Of a DNA stretch of 64,000 bases, positions 9,870-18,786 are shown one piece after another. The notes beneath the pieces were generated by a model that was given only the letters and a program-made list of their open reading frames with translations, was not told the DNA's origin and made no database searches. Within the stretch, counting starts at the first letter, position 1, and every line of letters begins with the position of its first letter. The position numbers and the translations under genes were made by a program. The stretch comes from Candidatus Omnitrophota bacterium (GTDB lineage: Bacteria; Omnitrophota; Gorgyraeia; Zapsychrales; JAHFFX01): NCBI GenBank assembly GCA_023247705.1, contig JAHFFY010000004.1, forward strand, positions 2,561 to 66,560, in the 5' to 3' direction.

Positions 9870-10780
9870 CGCACACGACACTCGATCCGACTCCATCCGG
9901 GTCGTTGCGTTTACCTTCGTGGTTCAGACAGCCGATTCCCGACATGGAAAAGATATCCGCGATGAAGGATTCGTTCCGGTCAAAGGGGTTGCATACCGTT
10001 TGTGAAAGTTCTCATTGCCCGAACATGGGGCAATGTTGGGGGCGCGGTGTCGCGACGTTCATGATTTTGGGCGATGTGTGTACGCGGGCTTGTCGTTTTT
10101 GCGCGATTGCCGCCGGAAATCCGCTCAAAGTCGATCTGGATGAGCCCGAACATCTCGCCCAAACGATTCAGCGGATGAAATTAAGATATGTTGTGATCAC
10201 CTCCGTCGCGCGGGACGATCTCGGGGATGAAGGCGCCGGACATTTTGCCAAAACTATTATCGCGGTCAGGAAAGAAAACCCGGCGATCAAGATCGAAGTG
10301 CTGATCCCGGATTTTTCTGCCGAAGAAGGCCGTTTAAAAAAGGTCACGGATGTCGCCCCCGAGGTGATGAGTCACAACATTGAGACGGTGCGAAGGCTTT
10401 CCGATCAAGTCCGTCCGCAGGCCGAATATGAACGTTCTCTGTTGGTTTTAAAAACTATTAAACGGTTGAACCCGTCGATTTTTGTCAAATCCAGTTTTAT
10501 GGTTGGCTTGGGAGAATCCCGTGAAGAAATTTTATCCACGATGACGGATTTGCTGGAGGCTGGCTGTCAGATTTTAACGATCGGGCAATATTTGGCGCCG
10601 AGCCAAATGAAGCGGCATCTGAAAGTGGAACGGTTTGTTTCACCGGAAGAATTTGAAAATTATCGTCAATTAGGAAGGAAGATGGGATTTCGGCATGTGA
10701 TGAGCGGGCCGCTGGTGCGCAGTTCTTACATCGCGGAAGAAGGGTATCAAGAGTGTGTGAAGGATTTGGTATCAACTTAA
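9866..10780 (+). CDS. lipA: Lipoyl synthase.
   Basis: CESSHCPNMGQCW auxiliary cluster motif and CTRACRFCA radical-SAM motif. ATGA overlap with def. Confidence 0.9.
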   Translation: MTHTTLDPTPSGSLRLPSWFRQPIPDMEKISAMKDSFRSKGLHTVCESSHCPNMGQCWGRGVATFMILGDVCTRACRFCAIAAGNPLKVDLDEPEHLAQTIQRMKLRYVVITSVARDDLGDEGAGHFAKTIIAVRKENPAIKIEVLIPDFSAEEGRLKKVTDVAPEVMSHNIETVRRLSDQVRPQAEYERSLLVLKTIKRLNPSIFVKSSFMVGLGESREEILSTMTDLLEAGCQILTIGQYLAPSQMKRHLKVERFVSPEEFENYRQLGRKMGFRHVMSGPLVRSSYIAEEGYQECVKDLVST

Positions 10781-10813
10781 ACCTTAATTAGAAGTTCGCC
10801 AGTTGCCAGTTAA

Positions 10814-10897
10814 CGAGTTTTACGAGTTGGTTTTCCCTGTTGCTCAACTTGAGAACAGTCCCAAATAACTCGTAGAACTTGCCAACTCGAAAACTCG
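10814..10897. repeat. Long imperfect inverted repeat in the lipA to flippase-like gene intergenic region.
   Basis: CGAGTTTTACGAGTTGG at 10814-10830 pairs with CCAACTCGAAAACTCG at 10882-10897, a 16/17 match. Nested shorter complementary segments are also present. Confidence 0.5.
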
Positions 10898-10912
10898 CTA
10901 GCTATTTAAATT

Positions 10913-11899
10913 ATGAAAATAAATGACCGTTTAAAAGAAATTTTATCCCTTGCGCTACGTTTTGGTTTAAGCGGGCTTCTGTTGGCGTATCTCTTCAGCA
11001 AAATTGATACTCACTCCATGATGGCGACGTTGAAGACGGCTGATTTTAAGTACATCTATCTTGCCGCCGGGATGTTTCTGCTGATTCATGTGGTTCTGTT
11101 GCTGCGATGGCTTTTATTTATCCGGGCGCTGTCTTTGGAAATTCCGGTCAAAACGCTGGTCGAGTATTTTTTTATCGGTTTGTTTTTTAATCTTTTTCTG
11201 CCGAGCTCAACCGGAGGAGATTTGGTTAAAGTTTTGGGACTTTGCCGATACACGGACCAAAAAGCGAAAGTGGTCGCCTCGGTTGTTTTGGACCGGGTGT
11301 GCGGATTTGTCGCGATTGTTATCGTTGCCTTTTGTTCCTATGGATTCGGTTATGGTTTATTGCATGATCATACGATCTTGATCGGAATTTTCGTCCTGGC
11401 CTTGATGTGTGTGATTTTATTGACGATTTTTTTTAATGAAAAATTTTTTTCGTTTGGATCACATTTGTTTGCGCGGTTTCCGAAAATCAAAGACAGCTTG
11501 ATGAGCCTGCATTATAATATCTCTTTGGTCAAAGGGCGTATTCCGTTTGTCTTTCTGGCGTTTTTATTGTCCTGTCTTTCGCAGTCTTTGCTGATCATTG
11601 ATTTCTTTTTTGTCAGCATGGCGTTGCACCAGAGCATTTCGTTGATTTATTTTTTCATCTTTGTCCCGATCATCTGCGTTGTTTCTTCGTTGCCTTCCAT
11701 CGGGGGGTTGGGTGTCAGAGACGCGGGAGCTGCCCATTTGTTTGCTAAAATCGGTGTGGCCGAAGGGGTCTCGGTCAGTTTGACACTGGTCAATTTTATT
11801 TTTATGGTTATCATCGGCCTTATCGGCGGAATTGTTTATGTCGCTCACTTATCTCCTCGACGGGTACAACATCATCAAGCTTGTTCCACTTCTGGCTGA
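10913..11899 (+). CDS. Flippase-like integral membrane protein (UPF0104 / LPG-synthase transmembrane-domain family).
   Basis: Multi-pass membrane protein. The N-terminus LKEILSLALRFGLSGLLLAYLFSKID is typical of the flippase-like domain. Confidence 0.6.
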   Translation: MKINDRLKEILSLALRFGLSGLLLAYLFSKIDTHSMMATLKTADFKYIYLAAGMFLLIHVVLLLRWLLFIRALSLEIPVKTLVEYFFIGLFFNLFLPSSTGGDLVKVLGLCRYTDQKAKVVASVVLDRVCGFVAIVIVAFCSYGFGYGLLHDHTILIGIFVLALMCVILLTIFFNEKFFSFGSHLFARFPKIKDSLMSLHYNISLVKGRIPFVFLAFLLSCLSQSLLIIDFFFVSMALHQSISLIYFFIFVPIICVVSSLPSIGGLGVRDAGAAHLFAKIGVAEGVSVSLTLVNFIFMVIIGLIGGIVYVAHLSPRRVQHHQACSTSG

Positions 11900-12356
11900 G
11901 AAGCCGTGGGACGAATCTAGGGCGTTTTTTATCCGCTGGATAGAGGCCGCTTTGCCGCAAGGGAGCCGGAACAATCAGGTGATTGTGGTCTTTGACGGTC
12001 AGCCGGGGAGCTGGGGGGATTGTTCGACATCGGTTGTCCAAGTTGTGTTTTCACTGGATGAAAGCGCCGATGATCGGATCAAAGCAATGGTCAACCGCTC
12101 GAAGTCGAAAAAAACGATCGTGGTCGTGACCAATGATCGTGATATTATTTATGCGGTCCGTGCCGCCGGGGCCTCCAGCATGAGCGTGGAAGATTTCATG
12201 CGCAAAGGCCGACAACACCCCTTGGGCGCAAAAACGTTGCCTAAAAAAATGGCGCAGCAGAAACAGGATCAATCAAAGTACATCTCAAAATCATTGGAAT
12301 TTAAAATCACCTCAGAGTTCGAACGCATTTGGTTAAAATCCAAGGACTCGAAGTAA
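11832..12356 (+). CDS. NYN-domain protein (YacP/Rae1-like predicted RNase).
   Basis: YLLDGYNII N-terminal motif and VVTNDRDI motif. The start may instead be the ATG at 11838. Confidence 0.6.
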   Translation: MFMSLTYLLDGYNIIKLVPLLAEKPWDESRAFFIRWIEAALPQGSRNNQVIVVFDGQPGSWGDCSTSVVQVVFSLDESADDRIKAMVNRSKSKKTIVVVTNDRDIIYAVRAAGASSMSVEDFMRKGRQHPLGAKTLPKKMAQQKQDQSKYISKSLEFKITSEFERIWLKSKDSK

Positions 12357-12371
12357 ACAGGAAATCTTTTT

Positions 12372-13154
12372 ATGATGAATATTCTCCGCTCAATCGGTCG
12401 TTACGTGATCGGAATTTTTTTGGGGTTGGGAAATGCCATTTTTTTTCTCCTGGAAATTTTAGGAAATATTGTTAAGGGGAAAATCCGTGTGCAGGAGGTT
12501 TTAAAACAGATTTTTGAGCAAGGAGTTCAATCTCTGGTCATCGTGGCACTGACTTCCTTTGCATCGGGAGCGGTGTTGGCGATGCAGGGTCATGTGATGC
12601 TGGAACGGTTCGGCGCCAAAGAATACGTCGCGCATCTGGTGGCGCTTTCATTAGTGCGTGAGTTGTCGCCGGTTTTCACTTCTTTTATTTTTTCCGGCAA
12701 GGCGGGGGCCAAGATTGCGGCGGAATTAGGCTCGATGAGCGTCAATAATCAAATCGTTGCGACACGCACGCTGGGGGTCGACCCGGTGGAGTTTCTGGTT
12801 GTGCCGCGTTTCGTCGCTTGTTTTCTGGTCCTGCCGCTTTTGGTCGTATTTTCGGAACTGCTGGGGATCATGGGAGGATATTGCGTGAGTGTCTTCGAGG
12901 CCGGCATCCCGGGATCGTTTTATGTGACACAGACGTTACGCGTCATTAATTATGTGGATTTTTTCAGCGGTTTGATCAAGACGTTTTTTTTCGCGTTTTT
13001 AATCGGCTGGATTTGCTGTTATCAGGGGTTCTTCACCCAGGGCGGATCGTTGGGGGTTGGAAAATACACGACCAAAGCCGTCGCGTATTCTTATATTTTT
13101 GTAGTTTTATCGAATGTTTTTTTAACCAAGGTCATCCTGGCCTTGTGGCAATAA
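12372..13154 (+). CDS. mlaE: ABC transporter permease MlaE.
   Basis: About 260 aa multi-pass permease with MlaE/Ttg2B-like sequence (GVQSLVIVALTSFASGAVLAMQG). Confidence 0.85.
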   Translation: MMNILRSIGRYVIGIFLGLGNAIFFLLEILGNIVKGKIRVQEVLKQIFEQGVQSLVIVALTSFASGAVLAMQGHVMLERFGAKEYVAHLVALSLVRELSPVFTSFIFSGKAGAKIAAELGSMSVNNQIVATRTLGVDPVEFLVVPRFVACFLVLPLLVVFSELLGIMGGYCVSVFEAGIPGSFYVTQTLRVINYVDFFSGLIKTFFFAFLIGWICCYQGFFTQGGSLGVGKYTTKAVAYSYIFVVLSNVFLTKVILALWQ

Positions 13155-13219
13155 ACAGGCGGGGTTGATCGGATAAAATTGTTTAAAATAGTTAGATAAA
13201 TTTTTGAGGAGGAAATCCC

Positions 13220-13564
13220 ATGAACATTTTTTACAAAAAATTTATGACCATCGTGATCGGGTGCAGTTTTTCTCTTTTGACAGGTTGCGTAAGCCATACT
13301 TCCAATGGCGGACAACTGACCATGTATCGCACGCCCAGCATGGAAGCGGCTTGGATCCGCAACGGAGATCCGATCCTGTTTGATGGAACACTATGGTACC
13401 CCACGGACAATGTCGAAAATATCCAGGATGCGGAAGTTTATCTCATGGGCGAGTATCAGGAGGTTCAATTTTTTATTGAAAAAACAGATGTTAAACCTTA
13501 TGATCGGTTATACACCAAGTTTGGAGAGAATCAATTCCGGTCTTTTGCGCATCGAGAGGAATAA
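13220..13564 (+). CDS. Lipoprotein of unknown function embedded in the mla operon.
   Basis: Signal peptide with lipobox LLTGC; 114 aa; no recognisable domain. Confidence 0.55.
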   Translation: MNIFYKKFMTIVIGCSFSLLTGCVSHTSNGGQLTMYRTPSMEAAWIRNGDPILFDGTLWYPTDNVENIQDAEVYLMGEYQEVQFFIEKTDVKPYDRLYTKFGENQFRSFAHREE

Positions 13565-14280
13565 TGATAGAGATTATTCATCTTTTTAAAAAACTTGAAG
13601 ACCAGATGGTGCTTACTGACGTTAATCTGAAAATCGCCCTAGGAGAGATTTTGGTCGTTCTCGGAGGAAGCGGGGCCGGAAAAAGCGTTCTACTGCAGCA
13701 TCTGATCGGTTTAATGAAGCCCGATCGAGGTTCCATCATGATTGATTCCAAAGATATCACCCGTCTTAAGGAGCGGGAACTTTTGCAGATGAGAAAAAAC
13801 ATCGGCTTTCTCTTTCAGGAAGGCGCTTTATATGACTTCATGAATGTCTTCGAGAACATTGCTTTTCCTCTGCAGGAACATACAACCATGAATGAATCGG
13901 GGATCAGAGCTAAAGTCAAAGAAGCCTTGAAAATTGTCGGGCTGGAAGGGGCCGATGAGAAATTTCCCTCTGAACTCAGCGGCGGGATGAAAAAAAGAGC
14001 GGCTCTGGCCCGGGCCATTATTCTGGATTCGAAAATTCTTTTCTGCGACGAACCGACTTCCGGGTTAGACCCGATTTTAAGCAAGGATATCACCGACCTG
14101 ATTCAGAATATATCAAGACAGTTAAAGTGCACGACCATCATTACCTCGCATGATATGAAAAATGCGTTAAGGATTGCTGATCGCGTGGCGATCGTTTTTA
14201 AGGGGGCGATCCTGGCAACGGGAACACAAAAAGATATCCTCTCATCTCAAAATGCTTACGTCCGGGAGTTTTTGAATTAG
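13564..14280 (+). CDS. mlaF: ABC transporter ATP-binding protein MlaF.
   Basis: Walker A GGSGAGKS, ABC signature LSGGMKKR and Walker B ILFCDEP. Confidence 0.85.
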   Translation: MIEIIHLFKKLEDQMVLTDVNLKIALGEILVVLGGSGAGKSVLLQHLIGLMKPDRGSIMIDSKDITRLKERELLQMRKNIGFLFQEGALYDFMNVFENIAFPLQEHTTMNESGIRAKVKEALKIVGLEGADEKFPSELSGGMKKRAALARAIILDSKILFCDEPTSGLDPILSKDITDLIQNISRQLKCTTIITSHDMKNALRIADRVAIVFKGAILATGTQKDILSSQNAYVREFLN

Positions 14281-14446
14281 CGTGAATTGATTGAATTTTT
14301 TTGGGTCAATGAAGAAATGGAGACATTTTACGCTTTAACTTTGAAAAGAAACATGATATATTCTGCTTCGCCAAAGCGATCGGAATTTTCAGTATTGCTC
14401 CGAAGCAATAGCGGTGCGCAACCAAGCGGTAGGCGAGAGAGGTTTT

Positions 14447-15040
14447 ATGGATAAAAAAGATTTCTACAAGAAACTATCAGCGGGAATATTTTTTTTCCTT
14501 TTTATTATGTTGACGGTGATGATGATCTTGGTGATCGGGATTGAGAAGGGATTCACCCAGCCCAAATTTTATGTTGCGGTTCTTTTTAATCGCGTGGATG
14601 GTCTGGCGATCGGCGCGCCGATCCGGTTTTCCGGGGTCAGCGTGGGCACGGTGGGCAAGATCGATTTCCTGGAGGAAAAGATCAATGGCCGTGGCGTCAA
14701 AGTGACATTAAATATTTTCAAGCGTTATAAGAAACAGCTGGAAAAGAGTACGCGCATTTCGATAAGAACTGAGGGGCTGTTAGGTGGGAAGCTGGTGGAT
14801 ATTTCCAGCAGCGAAGTGGGACCTTATGTGGATTTGGACTGGCCGATCATCGGAGAGGATCCGATCGATGTGCAGGATCTGGTCGTTGTGTTTAAAGAGG
14901 CTGCAAATAGTTTTACCCAAACAACGAAGACCATGGATTCGATCAACCGGGAAGTCCGCACGATTTCCGAATCGTCTCAGCGTTTGATTAAACGGGTGGA
15001 ACAAAAATTAATTGAAGGAAACCTATTTAAAGTTTTCTAA
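14447..15040 (+). CDS. mlaD: MCE-domain substrate-binding protein MlaD.
   Basis: N-terminal transmembrane helix followed by an MCE domain (FNRVDGLAIGAPIRFSGVSVGTVGKIDF). The ATG at 14447 has a GAGAGAGG ribosome-binding site; the ORF track starts at a GTG at 14414. Confidence 0.8.
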   Translation: MDKKDFYKKLSAGIFFFLFIMLTVMMILVIGIEKGFTQPKFYVAVLFNRVDGLAIGAPIRFSGVSVGTVGKIDFLEEKINGRGVKVTLNIFKRYKKQLEKSTRISIRTEGLLGGKLVDISSSEVGPYVDLDWPIIGEDPIDVQDLVVVFKEAANSFTQTTKTMDSINREVRTISESSQRLIKRVEQKLIEGNLFKVF

Positions 15041-15043
15041 GCC

Positions 15044-15415
15044 ATGTTTATATTAGGAAATTTTTTGATCGCATTATCTAATGTGATCAGTCTTATTTTA
15101 AATCTCTTATTCTGGATGATTTTCATCAGGGCCTTATTAAGTTGGGTGAATCCTGATCCGTATAATCCGATTGTTCATTTTTTATACCGGACCACCGAAC
15201 CGTTATTGGAGCCGATCCGCAGACATTTACCGGTGATGGGACTTGATTTTTCTCCGATGATTGTTATATTAGTGATTGTCTTTTTACAATCCTTTTTAGT
15301 GGTTAGCTTGAGAGACAAGGGGATGCGGTTAAGGTATTCTTCCTCTGTTGAATCCATGCCGATGTTCGACCGCCGGAGTTCCGACGGTTCAGATACGTTG
15401 TTTTACCGGAGATAA
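15044..15415 (+). CDS. yggT: YggT family membrane protein.
   Basis: IRALLSWVNPDPYNPIVHFLYRTTEPLLEPIRRHLP is typical of YggT/Ycf19. Confidence 0.8.
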   Translation: MFILGNFLIALSNVISLILNLLFWMIFIRALLSWVNPDPYNPIVHFLYRTTEPLLEPIRRHLPVMGLDFSPMIVILVIVFLQSFLVVSLRDKGMRLRYSSSVESMPMFDRRSSDGSDTLFYRR

Positions 15416-15444
15416 TTTTTATTTTTTAAGAAGGAGATTTTGCA

Positions 15445-15738
15445 ATGTTGGATAAAATGAAACAGCTCATGGAAATGAAAAAACAAGCTGACCAGCTCAA
15501 ACGGCAATTGGATGCCGAGAGCGTAGAAGTCAATGAAACCCGCGGGATCAAGATTGTCATTAACGGATCACAATATTTTCAATCGGTCGAAATCGATCCG
15601 ACGTTATTGCAGCCTGAGAACAAAGCGCGATTCGAAAGCGATTTATTGCGCAGTTTAAACACGTCGATTAAGAAATCTCAAAATATTGCCGCGCAAAAAA
15701 TGAAATCGATGGTGGGTTTGAATATTCCGGGACTATAA
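15445..15738 (+). CDS. ybaB: Nucleoid-associated protein YbaB/EbfC.
   Basis: 97 aa; MKQLMEMKKQADQLKRQL followed by a GIKIVINGSQ core. Confidence 0.85.
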   Translation: MLDKMKQLMEMKKQADQLKRQLDAESVEVNETRGIKIVINGSQYFQSVEIDPTLLQPENKARFESDLLRSLNTSIKKSQNIAAQKMKSMVGLNIPGL

Positions 15739-15794
15739 GTGATCGGGTTTGCGGGTTAGCGCGTTGCGGGTTCTTAATCCGTCAACCCGATCAC
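15739..15794 (+). terminator. Hairpin immediately after the ybaB stop codon (11-bp stem). It may be a terminator or a regulatory structure.
   Basis: GTGATCGGGTT at 15739-15749 pairs with AACCCGATCAC at 15784-15794. The loop contains the direct repeat TTGCGGGTT twice. Confidence 0.35.
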
Positions 15795-15842
15795 CAGATC
15801 TATTTAATGAACGTATAACCTGCAAAATGAGGAGGTCTTCAA

Positions 15843-16076
15843 ATGCCTTATGATAAGTCTTTAGATGTCGAATCTTTCAAAGAAGTCAAAGAATTTAATG
15901 AGTCCAGGATCACGGTCGGGGTTTTTTCTTATAACGGCGGCGAGAAAAAACTGCAAATCTCCCGTGAAAATAAAGATCAGAACGAAGAATGGCGATTCGC
16001 GAAATTAGGACGGATGAATAAAGCAGAGGTCAAAGAGGTCGTTCCCGCGATCATGCGTGCGGTCGATAAGATGTAA
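15843..16076 (+). CDS. Small protein, possibly a PC4-like ssDNA-binding transcriptional coactivator homolog.
   Basis: 77 aa; KLQISRENKDQNEEWRFAKLGRMNKAE resembles the bacterial PC4/YdbC-like fold. GAGGAGG ribosome-binding site. Confidence 0.45.
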   Translation: MPYDKSLDVESFKEVKEFNESRITVGVFSYNGGEKKLQISRENKDQNEEWRFAKLGRMNKAEVKEVVPAIMRAVDKM

Positions 16077-16151
16077 GCAGTAGGCTCGGGTTGATTTTTC
16101 AAGATTAATTGTTTATTGGAGAAATATTTTTTAGATGATTAGGAGAGAAGT

Positions 16152-16628
16152 ATGGTAGAGGTTTATTTAACCAGGGCCGGTTTTGAAAAACTCAGAGATG
16201 AATTGGAGAAGCTGAAAACCGTTGAGCGCAGAAAGATCGCCAAGGCCATCGGCGAAGCCCGTTTGCTAGGTGATATCTCGGAAAACGCAGAGTACGACGC
16301 GGCCAAAGACGCCCAAGCGCATTGCGAGGCGCGCATTGCTGAATTAGAAGCAAAGTTGGCGCAGGTCCGTATTATTGAAAACGAAAATATCCCAGCGGAT
16401 AAAGTTTATATCGGCGCGATTGTTAGTTTGCTCGATATGGAAACCGACGAAGAGATCAAATATATGCTGGTCTCTCCGGAGGAATCGAATTATGAGGAGA
16501 ATAAAATTTCGATTTCTTCTCCGATCGGGAAAGGGTTATTGGGGCATAAAGCCGGAGAAACCATTGATATTAATGTTCCGGCCGGCATTCTAAAATATAA
16601 AATTCAGAAAGTCGAACGACCGAAATAA
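16152..16628 (+). CDS. greA: Transcription elongation factor GreA.
   Basis: LTRAGFEKLRDELEKL followed by ISENAEYDAAKDAQA; 158 aa. Confidence 0.9.
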   Translation: MVEVYLTRAGFEKLRDELEKLKTVERRKIAKAIGEARLLGDISENAEYDAAKDAQAHCEARIAELEAKLAQVRIIENENIPADKVYIGAIVSLLDMETDEEIKYMLVSPEESNYEENKISISSPIGKGLLGHKAGETIDINVPAGILKYKIQKVERPK

Positions 16629-16664
16629 ATTTATTTTAGTTGAGAGGACGAAAAATTCATGGAC

Positions 16665-16703
16665 GGGCGCCTCTCTGTCACCCAAGGCGAAGGAGAGGCG
16701 CCC
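16665..16703. terminator. Bidirectional hairpin terminator between the convergent greA and minus-strand GT-C genes.
   Basis: GGGCGCCTCTC at 16665-16675 pairs with GAGAGGCGCCC at 16693-16703, an 11-bp GC-rich stem. Confidence 0.5.
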
Positions 16704-16712
16704 ATCGTCATT

Positions 16713-18080
16713 TCACTCCCGCCTTCCCGGCCAACGATCCAACAATCCAATCGTATCAAATATCCAAAACACAAAACTTGGTATAACCGCAAATAGAATC
16801 CGGCTCAACGAAACCTTCAGCCACCAGGTGATCTCAAAATACGTGTTGATATAGTAATAGAATCCAACGATGAGAAGATAAAGCCCTAAGCAAATGGGAA
16901 CGATCCGGATCGATTTGTGAAAACAGCGGTTCATGCTTAACAGCATGCCGATGGCGAGCGTAATCCATAATCCGTTCCATTTCGTGCTTTTCAACTCGAC
17001 CAGGAAAAAGGCAAGGATCATTTGCAACCGCGCGGGATTCGATGGTTTTTGTGAAGAAACCAGACCGTTAATAAATGTTTGATTCGCCGGGGCGAAGTAG
17101 AGTTGAAATAAAAAAACGGGAAGAAGCCCGACCCCTAAGCCCGCCAGTAAAAAACCGATCAATGATTGTTTGTTGATTGATTGACCTTTGTTCCAGAGAA
17201 AAAATAAACTTGAAAAAACAATCAGGCCCACAGCGATCAACCCTTCGGGTTTGGTAAAACCCAAAAATCCCAGCGAAATGCCTGCTACCGCCGCAAATTG
17301 TTTTGAATCATCCCGGATCGCCATCACCAGGCACGCTAAAGCGCACAAAAGATAAAACGCCAGAACGATATCGCAATATTGACTGCTGGCGAGTTTGGTA
17401 AAGTACGGCAGGGTGAACAATAATAAAACAGCTGCGGTGGATAAGAGGACCGAGACAGATCTGCGCAAGACTGAGAATAAAAATCCTCCGGTGAGGAACG
17501 TAAATAAGAGTGAGTTCCATAGCGGAACAATCGGAGTCGGGTTTTTATATCCGATCCATCCCCAGACGTTCATCAACGGTAATAAAAGCGGATAATGCGG
17601 ACTCGACCGCCATAAAACTGGATCAAACATGGCGCGCCACTGGGTTTTTCCTAAAAAAAGAAATCTCGCCTTTAAATTCCAAACCGACCACGCGTCCCAT
17701 CCGCCCATCGGATAAAAGAACGCTTGATAAATGGTCGGGATCAAGGCGAATCCAATCATCAGAAGGGCCAGGTTGTTTTGAGGCGATTCGATCATCCCCT
17801 TCCGGGAGACTTCGGGCGAATTTTTTTTATTCATCGAGTTTCGAATCAAGATGAGACATATCAGAAGAACGAGATGCGCGAGATTGATCGCTGGTTTGCT
17901 GAGCTCGTTGAACACAGCGAAACAATAAAACAGCAGGTGACTGCTGATGCCGATCCCTAAACCCAAACCGAGAAACAAATGAACATAAAAATCAGGTCGT
18001 TTGTTTCGTGGGAACAAAACATCGATGATGAGGAATCCGATCGTCCAGGATATAAAAATTGGAAATAAATAAAGTATCAA
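16713..18080 (-). CDS. Multi-pass membrane protein, likely a GT-C fold glycosyltransferase (ArnT/PMT-like).
   Basis: 455 aa with at least 10 hydrophobic helices. TTG start. It lies beside a GT2 gene. Confidence 0.5.
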   Translation of the reverse strand: MILYLFPIFISWTIGFLIIDVLFPRNKRPDFYVHLFLGLGLGIGISSHLLFYCFAVFNELSKPAINLAHLVLLICLILIRNSMNKKNSPEVSRKGMIESPQNNLALLMIGFALIPTIYQAFFYPMGGWDAWSVWNLKARFLFLGKTQWRAMFDPVLWRSSPHYPLLLPLMNVWGWIGYKNPTPIVPLWNSLLFTFLTGGFLFSVLRRSVSVLLSTAAVLLLFTLPYFTKLASSQYCDIVLAFYLLCALACLVMAIRDDSKQFAAVAGISLGFLGFTKPEGLIAVGLIVFSSLFFLWNKGQSINKQSLIGFLLAGLGVGLLPVFLFQLYFAPANQTFINGLVSSQKPSNPARLQMILAFFLVELKSTKWNGLWITLAIGMLLSMNRCFHKSIRIVPICLGLYLLIVGFYYYINTYFEITWWLKVSLSRILFAVIPSFVFWIFDTIGLLDRWPGRRE

Positions 18081-18097
18081 TAGACTTTTCTTTTGTC

Positions 18098-18577
18098 TTA
18101 AGGTTTGGTTCTTCTGGCCAAAATAATGCCAAAATTATTTCTTTTTAACGGAATGGCTTGGATCTCCCGGATTTTTTTCCAGGCCGTCTCTGCGTTGGAA
18201 CAATCGAACAGAATCAGATCATGGTCCAAGTTATTCCAATCTAAAATCGTCGGTGCTAAGATATATTGCGCTTGGGCAAACTGGGCGGCATGCTGTTCGT
18301 CATCCAGATCTTTGTCCGTGTAGTAGCCAATCGATGGAATATCTTTAAAGATACTTTCTAAACCGGAAAATTTATAACCCGGGAAAAAGAACGGGATTTG
18401 TTTTCTTTTTTGCTGAGTCTGCCGGATATCCTGAACGGATTTGATCGTGTTGATTAAAATGATGACAACCGCGATGAAAAGAAAAGCGTTACTGCGTAAT
18501 CGTGCGAGGTCCAGGTGCGATTGTCGTGGGACATCATTGGTTTTTTTCTTCCGCTTATGATGTGAGGGCGTGGTCAT
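18098..18577 (-). CDS. Membrane-anchored hypothetical protein.
   Basis: 159 aa; basic N-terminus followed by one transmembrane helix; forms an operon with the GT-C-like gene. Confidence 0.45.
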   Translation of the reverse strand: MTTPSHHKRKKKTNDVPRQSHLDLARLRSNAFLFIAVVIILINTIKSVQDIRQTQQKRKQIPFFFPGYKFSGLESIFKDIPSIGYYTDKDLDDEQHAAQFAQAQYILAPTILDWNNLDHDLILFDCSNAETAWKKIREIQAIPLKRNNFGIILARRTKP

Positions 18578-18786
18578 GGTCTCTTGAACAGCCTTGTCAA
18601 GGTACGATCATGGTTATTTTGAAGGACAATTCAGGATTTTGCCTGCTGGAAATTTATTCTACTATAACTCCTCACCAGATCAATGGAAAATACCTAAAAT
18701 AAAATCTTTCCCAATAATATTTTGTCGGTATAATAAACAAAGTCATTTGGTCTTTTGGATGTTTTGACTACCACAAGGAGGCTTGC

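Noticed and set aside
11088-11381. An alternative-frame ORF inside the flippase-like gene.
   Set aside because: The main frame encodes coherent transmembrane helices. The alternate frame is Cys/Trp-rich.
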